A DNA stretch of 24,000 nt from Cellvibrionaceae bacterium. Its GTDB lineage: Bacteria > Pseudomonadota > Gammaproteobacteria > Pseudomonadales > Cellvibrionaceae. Under the pieces are notes generated by a model. It was given only the letters and a program-made list of their open reading frames with translations. It made no database searches and was not told the origin of the DNA. The DNA lies in contig JAOXRT010000131.1 in the NCBI GenBank assembly GCA_025800365.1, forward strand, positions 17,867-41,866, read 5' to 3'. Position 1 is the first letter of the stretch, and each line of letters opens with the position of its first letter. A program made the translations under genes and the position numbers. Below, piece after piece: positions 8,709-15,191 of the stretch.

Positions 8709-9830
8709 ATGACTAAAAATGTGTATTGGTCCCCGCTGATCATCATTCTTCTGCTGCTAGCTTTAGTTGTGGCTATCTCGCAGCTTGTTCTAAAAAAATC
8801 TGATCAAACACCTATCCAGCAAGCTACCGCGGCTAGCCATCAAAAACACTATGAGTGGCGAATGGTGACGACATGGCCTAAGGGCTTACCGGGCTTGGGC
8901 TTGGCGGCAGAGAATTTTGCTCGCATTGTCGAACAGTCCAGCGCTGGCCGTTTAAAGGTCAAGGTATATGGAGCGGGTGATTTGGTGCCGGCACTTGGAG
9001 TTTTCGATGCTGTTTCCTCAGGCAGTGTAGAAATGGGACACGGTGCGGGCTATTACTGGAAAGGTAAGATTCCTGCGTCACCATTTTTTACCTCTGTGCC
9101 TTTCGGCATGAACGCCCAGGAAATGAACGGTTGGTTATTCTATGGCGGAGGTTTGGAGCTATATCGTGAAGCTTATGCTCCATTCAACCTTATGCCTTTC
9201 CCGGCTGGCAATACGGGCGTGCAAATGGCGGGCTGGTTTAACAAGGAAATTAATAATATCGCCGATATCAAAGGCACGAAAATGCGTATTCCTGGTTTAG
9301 CTGGGGAGGTTTGGAACCGCGCAGGTGGTGTTGCAGTAAATATTCCGGGTGGCGAGCTCTATACGGCACTGCAAACTGGCGTTATTGATGCCACTGAATG
9401 GGTGGGCCCATACAATGATTTGGCCTTGGGTTTTCACCAAGTGGCTAAATACTATTATTACCCAGGCTGGCATGAACCAGGCCCAACGTTGGAGCTTTTG
9501 GTTAATAAAGAAGCATTTGAATCTCTGCCTGCTGATTTACAGTCGATCGTAGAGACTACCGCTAGAGCCATTAACCAAGATATGTTGGATGAATACACCG
9601 CTCGCAATAATGCCGCTTTGAAAACCTTAATTAACGAGCATGGCGTTCAGTTGAAACAATTGCCAAAAGAAGTGTTGGCTGAACTTCGTAAACATGCCGA
9701 TGAAATGTACGGCGAGTTTGCAGAAAAAGATCCTTTTTTCGCCAAAGTGTACAAAAACTATCGCGAATTTGCCGATCAAGCCGCGCAGTATCACGATATT
9801 TCCGAACAGGCTTATTACCAAGCAAATTAA
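8709..9830 (+). CDS. TRAP transporter substrate-binding protein (DctP-type, COG4663-like 'mannitol/chloroaromatic' subfamily)
   Basis: The 373-aa ORF has an N-terminal hydrophobic anchor or signal (LIIILLLLALVVAIS). Family motifs are YEWRMVTTWPKGLPGLG, HGAGYYWKGK, FTSVPFGMNAQEMNGWLFYGGGLELYRE, FPAGNTGVQMAGWF, ATEWVGPYNDLALGFHQVAKYYYYPGWHEPG. Confidence 0.9.
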   Translation: MTKNVYWSPLIIILLLLALVVAISQLVLKKSDQTPIQQATAASHQKHYEWRMVTTWPKGLPGLGLAAENFARIVEQSSAGRLKVKVYGAGDLVPALGVFDAVSSGSVEMGHGAGYYWKGKIPASPFFTSVPFGMNAQEMNGWLFYGGGLELYREAYAPFNLMPFPAGNTGVQMAGWFNKEINNIADIKGTKMRIPGLAGEVWNRAGGVAVNIPGGELYTALQTGVIDATEWVGPYNDLALGFHQVAKYYYYPGWHEPGPTLELLVNKEAFESLPADLQSIVETTARAINQDMLDEYTARNNAALKTLINEHGVQLKQLPKEVLAELRKHADEMYGEFAEKDPFFAKVYKNYREFADQAAQYHDISEQAYYQAN

Positions 9831-9838
9831 AACTCTTG

Positions 9839-9871
9839 CGGGCAGATGAGATCAAGCTGCCCGTGTTTTTT
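9839..9871 (+). terminator. Rho-independent terminator directly after the TRAP substrate-binding gene
   Basis: CGGGCAG(9839-9845) / CTGCCCG(9857-9863) forms a stem followed by TGTTTTTT. Confidence 0.75.
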
Positions 9872-9972
9872 ACCGCTGGTCGCAGCTATTCTCTGTGATA
9901 GTGGCGTAGTACTCACTTTCTAATTTTTCTGCTGGCGCTTAAAACCTCTCGATCTTAGAATGCTAATTAGTG

Positions 9973-9993
9973 GCAATAAGACGGTTTTATTGC
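9973..9993. promoter_or_regulatory. 21-bp palindrome upstream of the luxR-family gene (candidate operator)
   Basis: GCAATAA(9973-9979)-N7-TTATTGC(9987-9993) has perfect 7-bp arms and ends 27 bp before the ATG at 10021. Confidence 0.25.
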
Positions 9994-10020
9994 TGAGCTA
10001 GATAGTTAGATCGAGATTGC

Positions 10021-10788
10021 ATGGAAAGCCAGGAAATTTTCTCTGCGGAGAATATTGAGTTTATGGGAGTCCTTTGGGCTGCCAAAAGTTTTAAAGAATG
10101 TTTTGAGTTGTTGGCCACCAAACTGCAAGAGTTTGGTATTCGTCATATCTTTTACGGTATGGGGGTTGGCCGCTGTGATCGAATAGAAACCACCTTTGGA
10201 ACCCTTTCTAATCACCCCCCAGAATTTTTAGAGTTTTACTCTCAAGCCGATGTTTTTGAGCACGATGAAGAAGTTCAATGGGGTGCACATAAAACTGAAA
10301 CTCTAATTTGGGGTGAAGAAAAAGCTAAGGAGTTCGATTCTCCGGGTGCGCAAAAAATGGCCAAGTTTCAAGTCAAATATGGCGTGCAACATGGTTTAAC
10401 GATTCCCCTTCCGAATACTCACCCAGCTGTTTTTGCGGCTATTGGACTGAGTGCAACAGGAATGGATCAAGATGAGTTTGAAAAGCGAGTATTACCAAGG
10501 CAAGAACAAATAGAGTTGTTGTGCCGGGTTTTTGCTCGAATCACCGAATACCACGATATCTATCAAGAGCTCGCTGGCCCAGGTCGCTTACAGTTTCCGC
10601 AGCTAACCGACAGCGAGCTTGAGGTCCTTAGCCTTATTTCCAAAGGGCTAGAGCTAAAGCAGATCGCCGATATTCGAAATACCGGGATTGATAATATCAA
10701 TATTTTTTCCCGTAATATTCGAAAAAAGCTGAAAGCTGAGAATTTGCCTCAGGCTATCTATAAGGCAAGTGCTCTGCGAATTATCTAA
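10021..10788 (+). CDS. LuxR-family transcriptional regulator with an autoinducer-binding-like N-domain and a GerE/LuxR HTH (no cognate luxI in the window, so a 'solo')
   Basis: The 255-aa N-domain aligns by eye to LasR/TraR ligand-domain landmarks: NHPPEFLEFYSQADVFEHDEEV against LasR [22 protein letters not shown], then LIWGEE and YGVQHGLTIPL. The C-terminal HTH reads LTDSELEVLSLISKGLELKQIADIRNTGIDNINIFSRNIRKKL. Confidence 0.85.
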   Translation: MESQEIFSAENIEFMGVLWAAKSFKECFELLATKLQEFGIRHIFYGMGVGRCDRIETTFGTLSNHPPEFLEFYSQADVFEHDEEVQWGAHKTETLIWGEEKAKEFDSPGAQKMAKFQVKYGVQHGLTIPLPNTHPAVFAAIGLSATGMDQDEFEKRVLPRQEQIELLCRVFARITEYHDIYQELAGPGRLQFPQLTDSELEVLSLISKGLELKQIADIRNTGIDNINIFSRNIRKKLKAENLPQAIYKASALRII

Positions 10789-10801
10789 TTCGCGGGCCTT
10801 A

Positions 10802-10833
10802 AACTTGTACTGCAACTTGCGTTGCATCAAGTT
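10802..10833 (+). terminator. Nested hairpin after luxR (weak terminator candidate)
   Basis: The sequence is AACTTG-tac-TGCAAC-ttgc-GTTGCA-t-CAAGTT, two stacked 6-bp stems followed by ATTT. The stem is AT-rich and the U-tract is short. Confidence 0.35.
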
Positions 10834-10844
10834 ATTTCAGCTCA

Positions 10845-10862
10845 ACTACAGTTATCTGTAGT
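10845..10862. promoter_or_regulatory. lux-box-like 18-bp palindrome (fits CT-N12-AG)
   Basis: ACTACAG-TTAT-CTGTAGT has perfect 7-bp arms. C10846 T10847, 12 nt, then A10860 G10861 matches the CT-N12-AG las/rhl/lux-box rule. It lies 57 bp after the luxR stop and about 340 bp before dctQ. Confidence 0.3.
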
Positions 10863-11204
10863 ACTACCTACGGTTATGAGGCTCTATACTAAATCCGTGT
10901 TTTGCCGGCACGCAGCACTGACTCAGTGTTAGCTAGTACTTAAGTATCCAAGGACTGGACTTAGGGTATCGTCACAATATTCGAAGTACTGGCGCTTTAA
11001 CGCATTGGAAGCTGGGCTGTGATAGTTCGTCACAAGCTATTGCAGCCCCTTGTCACCCTTTTCCTTGCTAATCTGCTCTGAACGCTTTCCCATTGCATCT
11101 ATCTTCAAGGCTATTACTGGTTATAATGCTATGCAGTTAGGTAATCCGAGCATTAGGCTCGAATGCTCTTAAACAACAATAGCAATAAAAAACAAAGGTA
11201 GCTT

Positions 11205-11756
11205 ATGCCCTTGGCCATTCGGGTTTGTGCCTATCTGGCAGATTTGTTGGATAGTGTTTCTGATTTTATCGGTCGCAGTGTTTCTTGGCTGACCATCATC
11301 ATGGTGGTGATCAGCTGTATTGTGGTGGTACTGCGATATGTCTTTGAAGTTGGCGCTACCGCATTGCAAGATAGCGTCACTTATATGCATGCTACGGTTT
11401 TTCTTTTAGGGGCCGCCTACGCATTAAATCATTCGGGCCAGGTTAGAGTGGATGTTTTTTATCGCAACTTTAATCGTCGCCAAAGAGCCTGGGTTGACGC
11501 TATTGGCAGTATTGTCTTTTTGTTGCCAATGTGCGGTTTGATTTTCTTCACCAGTTTGGATTACGTAGAGCAATCCTGGGCGGTAAAAGAAACGTCTAGA
11601 GACCCTAACGGGTTACCTTTTGTTTACCTGTTGAAAACTTTATTGCCTTTAGCTGCAGCCCTATTGGCCATGCAGGCGGTGGCAGAGTGTTGCCACGCCT
11701 TATCTACACTGATGAATCCGCACTCTGAGCAGGATGGAGAGGTGGACCATGCTTGA
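11205..11756 (+). CDS. TRAP transporter small permease subunit (DctQ-type)
   Basis: The 183-aa ORF has four hydrophobic helices. Its position immediately before, and overlapping, the DctM-type gene is typical. It also has the family-typical motif SWAVKETSRDPNGLP. Confidence 0.85.
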   Translation: MPLAIRVCAYLADLLDSVSDFIGRSVSWLTIIMVVISCIVVVLRYVFEVGATALQDSVTYMHATVFLLGAAYALNHSGQVRVDVFYRNFNRRQRAWVDAIGSIVFLLPMCGLIFFTSLDYVEQSWAVKETSRDPNGLPFVYLLKTLLPLAAALLAMQAVAECCHALSTLMNPHSEQDGEVDHA

Positions 11757-13122
11757 GCTAATTCCTCTATTTATGTTCGCCGCGGTATGCCTTGCTTTGA
11801 TGGCAGGTTACCCAGTTGCCTTTACGCTTGCGGGCGTTGCGTTGATATTTGCTTCGGCTGGAATCCTTGCCGGCCATTTTGATGCCAACCTTCTACTCAC
11901 AATGCCGGACCGCTTGTTTGGCACCATGAGTAATATCACCCTGATTGCTGTGCCCTTATTTGTTTTGATGGGGGTGATGCTGGAAAAATCTCGCCTCGCT
12001 GAAGAGCTATTGGAGAATATGGCCAAGCTCAGTGGTAGTTTGCCTGGGGGCTTGGGCATTGCCGTGGTGATTGTGGGAATGCTGCTGGCGGCAAGTACCG
12101 GCATTGTGGGTGCCACCGTGGTAACCATGGGTTTAATGAGTTTGCCTACCATGCTCAAGCGTGGTTATAGCCCAAGTTTTGCTACCGGTACAATTTGTGC
12201 GACTGGCACCCTTGGCCAAATTATTCCGCCGTCAATCGCCTTGGTTTTATTGGGCGATACGCTGTCAACGGCTTATCAGAAAGCTCAGTTGAGCGCTGGT
12301 GTATTTAACCCTAAGCCAGTTTCGGTGGGTGATTTGTTTGTCGGTGCGTTGATTCCGGGGCTGATCTTGGTAGTGATGTATCTTTTATACGTTTATATCA
12401 GCGCCAAACTAAATCCAGAGATAGCGCCCGCCCCTGAGGAGACTGAGGCGGTAGATCGTCGCAAGGTTCTTTTAAGCTTGGCGCCGCCGGTGTTATTGAT
12501 TGTTTTGGTGCTGGGCTCAATTATTTCGGGCATAGCAACACCTACCGAAGCTGCGGCCGTTGGTGCCCTCGGTGCTACTTGCTTGGCTTATTTTAAAGGG
12601 CAGCTGAACTGGAGTCGCTTGGCGGAAGTGTGCCACTCGACCACTTTAGTTACCGCTATGGTATTCACCATTTTGATCGGTGCTTCGATTTTCTCTTTGG
12701 TGTTTAGAGGCTTTGGTGGCGAGGAGCTTATTGAACAGTGGTTCTCTGAGTTGGGCGGTAATGTCGCACTAGCTGTATTGATCGTGATGGTGTTGATCTT
12801 CTTGCTGGGCTTTATTCTTGATTTTATCGAAATCACTTTTGTAGTAGTGCCCATTATCGGCCCCGTTTTATTGGCCATGGGGGTGGACCCGGTATGGTTG
12901 GGTGTAATGATTGCGATCAATCTGCAAACATCGTTCTTAACACCGCCCTTTGGCTTTGCTTTGTTTTACTTGCGAGGGGTGGCGCCAGAGGAAGTGCGTA
13001 CGGCCGAAATTTATCGTGGCGTTATTCCATTTATTATGCTGCAATTGGCGCTGCTTTGCGCCCTGGCCCTGTGGCCAGAGCTGGCTACTTATTTGCCTGA
13101 GGCCTTAAACGCCAAAGACTGA
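11749..13122 (+). CDS. TRAP transporter large permease subunit (DctM-type)
   Basis: This is a polytopic membrane protein with a typical DctM N-terminus (MLELIPLFMFAAVCLALMAGYPVAFTLAG) plus GTLGQIIPPS and LTPPFGFALFYLRGVAP. The track ORF starts at 11734. I prefer the ATG at 11749, which has GGAGAGG 6 nt upstream and gives an ATGCTTGA overlap with the dctQ stop. Confidence 0.9.
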   Translation: MLELIPLFMFAAVCLALMAGYPVAFTLAGVALIFASAGILAGHFDANLLLTMPDRLFGTMSNITLIAVPLFVLMGVMLEKSRLAEELLENMAKLSGSLPGGLGIAVVIVGMLLAASTGIVGATVVTMGLMSLPTMLKRGYSPSFATGTICATGTLGQIIPPSIALVLLGDTLSTAYQKAQLSAGVFNPKPVSVGDLFVGALIPGLILVVMYLLYVYISAKLNPEIAPAPEETEAVDRRKVLLSLAPPVLLIVLVLGSIISGIATPTEAAAVGALGATCLAYFKGQLNWSRLAEVCHSTTLVTAMVFTILIGASIFSLVFRGFGGEELIEQWFSELGGNVALAVLIVMVLIFLLGFILDFIEITFVVVPIIGPVLLAMGVDPVWLGVMIAINLQTSFLTPPFGFALFYLRGVAPEEVRTAEIYRGVIPFIMLQLALLCALALWPELATYLPEALNAKD

Positions 13123-13193
13123 TTAATGCCAGAGCGCGAACGAGCAAGCACATTTGATAATATTTAAAAGAATTAGATAAGGTTTACATAGCG

Positions 13194-13586
13194 ATGAGTT
13201 CCTTGGACGAAGAACCAACCCCGACGGGCAAATTAACCCTACAGACTCTAACGATGCCGGCGGCCACCAACCCAAATGGAGATGTTTTTGCCGGTTGGCT
13301 AATGTCACAAATGGATTTGGCTGGGGCGATCTTGGCTCAACAAATTGCCAAAGGACGCTGCACTACGGTAGCTGTGGGCAGCATGGCCTTCTTACGCCCT
13401 GTGCCAGTTGGTGCCACGGTGAGTTGCTACTCGGAAGCCTTAGAAGTCGGTCGTTCTTCGATTCGCACCTTGGTGGATGTTTGGTTAACTGATGTTGAGA
13501 GTGGTGAGTGCAGCAAAGTTACCGAGGGTGAATTTGTTTACGTAGCCATAGACGATAAGGGCCGTACTCGACCCATTCGACTCTGA
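13194..13586 (+). CDS. Acyl-CoA thioesterase, hotdog fold (YciA-like)
   Basis: The 130-aa ORF carries MPAATNPNGDVFAGWLMSQMDLAGAILA...TVAVGSMAFLRPVPVGATVSCY...VGRSSI...VYVAIDDKGRTRPI, the YciA/4HBT-type pattern. Confidence 0.8.
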   Translation: MSSLDEEPTPTGKLTLQTLTMPAATNPNGDVFAGWLMSQMDLAGAILAQQIAKGRCTTVAVGSMAFLRPVPVGATVSCYSEALEVGRSSIRTLVDVWLTDVESGECSKVTEGEFVYVAIDDKGRTRPIRL

Positions 13587-13595
13587 TTCACTCGC

Positions 13596-14888
13596 TTATT
13601 GGCAACTACTATTCGTTAGCAGGCGCTGTAGCTCAATCTCTCCGCTTAAGCCTAAGCTTGGCATATCGTATTGGGCCGTGCCCCTCTTACAGCTTTCTAG
13701 ATTGAGCTCCAATGTACCGACCTTATTAGTGTCTACAGTATTAGTGGCATCAAAGCGGCCATTACGAGACTGATATAAGTCTAATACCGCTTTGCGGCCC
13801 GAGTATTTTCCTTGGGCTGTAAACCAGCGTTGTTCCGCTCCTGGAATCTGACCATTATCGCTGCCAGCTTGGTCGTTATAGGTAAACCAGGCAGCAAACA
13901 GTTGTTTGCTCACGTCATCTAGGTCTATCAGCATTCCTTGCCCGCTGCTGGCGGGCTCATACCAGCTGCCCATACTTTTTGTACTAAAGCTGTTTCGACT
14001 AACAGAATTTATCCAGTCGTACATGGCACTCGCTATGGTTTCACCTGATTCTATAGTGGTAGTAAACGGATCAATAGCGCCAAAGCCATGTCCGCCACCG
14101 TTGATAACATGGTATTGATAATCTAAGCCCACTTCTTGGGCCCGCTCATCCAGCAAGACAGAGTAATTAAATGGCACAATTATGTCGTTGGTACCATGTA
14201 CGATAAATAGTGGTGCTTCACCGCTGTCTACACTTTTAACAGCTTCGTTAGCATTATCTAATGGTAGTAGCGCACCGCCCCAATAATCGACAACGAAGCT
14301 AAGCCAATGACGATTTGGAAAGTTGATATCAAAGTCGTCACTAATGTAAGCAAGGTTTATTGCTGTGATGGCTCCTGCTGAGCTCCCAATAACGCCGATG
14401 TTAGAAATGTGGTAAGTATCTGCTTGGTTAACGAGCCAGTTGAAAGCTGAGATCGCGTCATCTAAAGCTGCCTGGGCGGCTATTTGCTGCGCCTCTGGGA
14501 AGGGTACCCCTGTTTGTGTAGGTAAATGTGACACTCGGCTAGAAGGGATAGGTTGGTCACCTTGCAAGCGATAATTCATTACGGCAACAACATAGCCACG
14601 GCTAACCAAATCTGAAGCCATGCTTGTCAAGGTGGGGTCCTCTTTGCTGCCGGTTTGAAATGAACCGCCATGAATTAAAAGAATTGCTGGCCGACGCTGG
14701 GGTAGGCTTTCATCGAAGCCAGGCTCGTACAGGTCAAGGAGGAGATCGATATATCCACTTTCAGTGTTCCCGTTTGCGTAAACAATGTCTTTGGTGATTC
14801 TGTCTGGGGGAACAGGACTCAATGCCAATACGGATTGAGCAAAAAACATACAGGTGCTGGCTAGGATGATTCTTTTGAAGGTCGACAA
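13596..14888 (-). CDS. Secreted alpha/beta-hydrolase (carboxylesterase/lipase-like) with an unassigned ~130-aa C-terminal domain
   Basis: The 430-aa ORF has a TTG start with AAGGAGAG upstream and a signal peptide (MSTFKRIILASTCMFFAQSVLA). Catalytic landmarks are the oxyanion motif LLIHGGSF, the nucleophile elbow GVIGSSAGA (GxSxG), the Asp region HGTNDIIVP and the His region GGGHGF. Confidence 0.8.
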   Translation of the reverse strand: MSTFKRIILASTCMFFAQSVLALSPVPPDRITKDIVYANGNTESGYIDLLLDLYEPGFDESLPQRRPAILLIHGGSFQTGSKEDPTLTSMASDLVSRGYVVAVMNYRLQGDQPIPSSRVSHLPTQTGVPFPEAQQIAAQAALDDAISAFNWLVNQADTYHISNIGVIGSSAGAITAINLAYISDDFDINFPNRHWLSFVVDYWGGALLPLDNANEAVKSVDSGEAPLFIVHGTNDIIVPFNYSVLLDERAQEVGLDYQYHVINGGGHGFGAIDPFTTTIESGETIASAMYDWINSVSRNSFSTKSMGSWYEPASSGQGMLIDLDDVSKQLFAAWFTYNDQAGSDNGQIPGAEQRWFTAQGKYSGRKAVLDLYQSRNGRFDATNTVDTNKVGTLELNLESCKRGTAQYDMPSLGLSGEIELQRLLTNSSCQ

Positions 14889-14938
14889 GCTAGCTCTCCT
14901 TAGCGAATGGTCATTCGTCCTACATTATGGGTAACTAA

Positions 14939-14956
14939 TGCAATACTACTGCAATA
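14939..14956 (-). promoter_or_regulatory. 7-4-7 direct repeat at the -35 position of the hydrolase promoter (OmpR/PhoB-family-style site, regulator unknown)
   Basis: The plus strand reads TGCAATA(14939-45)-ctac-TGCAATA(14950-56), which is TATTGCA-gtag-TATTGCA on the minus strand. The repeat ends 9 nt upstream of a CATAAT -10 candidate (minus strand, 14929..14924). Confidence 0.3.
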
Positions 14957-15033
14957 TGGCCTCAGCAACTATATATAGGGTCTCAAAAAGCAACAATATA
15001 CAAGTTATGCGCCTGTTTATTTAAACGACAGCG

Positions 15034-15073
15034 CTGTAACACTTCTGTCATATTTCATTCATAGAATTGTCAC
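15034..15073 (+). promoter_or_regulatory. Two tandem Pho boxes (PhoB binding sites) of the pstS promoter
   Basis: Four heptamers are phased at 11 bp: CTGTAAC-actt-CTGTCAT-attt-CATTCAT-agaa-TTGTCAC. The consensus half-site is CTGTCAT. The array ends 10 nt before the TAGTAT -10 candidate (15084-15089). The layout is almost identical to the E. coli pstS promoter. Confidence 0.85.
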
Positions 15074-15191
15074 CCGTTAAATCTAGTATCGCCCTTGATT
15101 GAACATTCGGCTCAGTAGCCAGTTCATTAACATAGCGCGCATACAGCAAACAGCGCTTCGACTAGAAAAACACGATCCCCAGGAGGATAAC

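Noticed and set aside
10873-10929. An 18-aa ORF (MRLYTKSVFCRHAALTQC) in the dctQ leader, considered as a possible leader peptide.
   Set aside because: It has no ribosome-binding site and no attenuator-like alternative structures that I could pair with it.
11122-11127. TATAAT hexamer upstream of dctQ, considered as a sigma-70 -10 element.
   Set aside because: No acceptable -35 lies at 16-18 bp: TTGCAT is 23 bp away and TTCAAG is 12 bp away. An extended -10 reading (TGG-TTATAA) is possible, but it is too weak to list as a feature.
11734-11748. The ATG at 11734 as the start of the DctM-type gene.
   Set aside because: The ATG at 11749 has GGAGAGG upstream, gives the typical MLELIPLFMF N-terminus and forms an ATGCTTGA coupling overlap with the dctQ stop. 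The choice cannot be settled without data.
13295-13492. A 65-aa plus-strand ORF in an alternative frame inside the YciA-like gene.
   Set aside because: It is fully nested in a gene with a clear hotdog-fold signature, and the alternative frame has no supporting signals.
13587-13595. A 9-bp gap between the convergent thioesterase and esterase stop codons, with no terminator hairpin.
   Set aside because: The observation is real, but tight convergent junctions are common and nothing in the sequence indicates special function. It is not worth a finding.
15099-15191. The track's TTG start at 15099, which extends pstS by 31 residues.
   Set aside because: The extension precedes the obvious signal peptide and lacks a Shine-Dalgarno. 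The GTG at 15192 follows AGGAGG at ideal spacing and starts the signal peptide.
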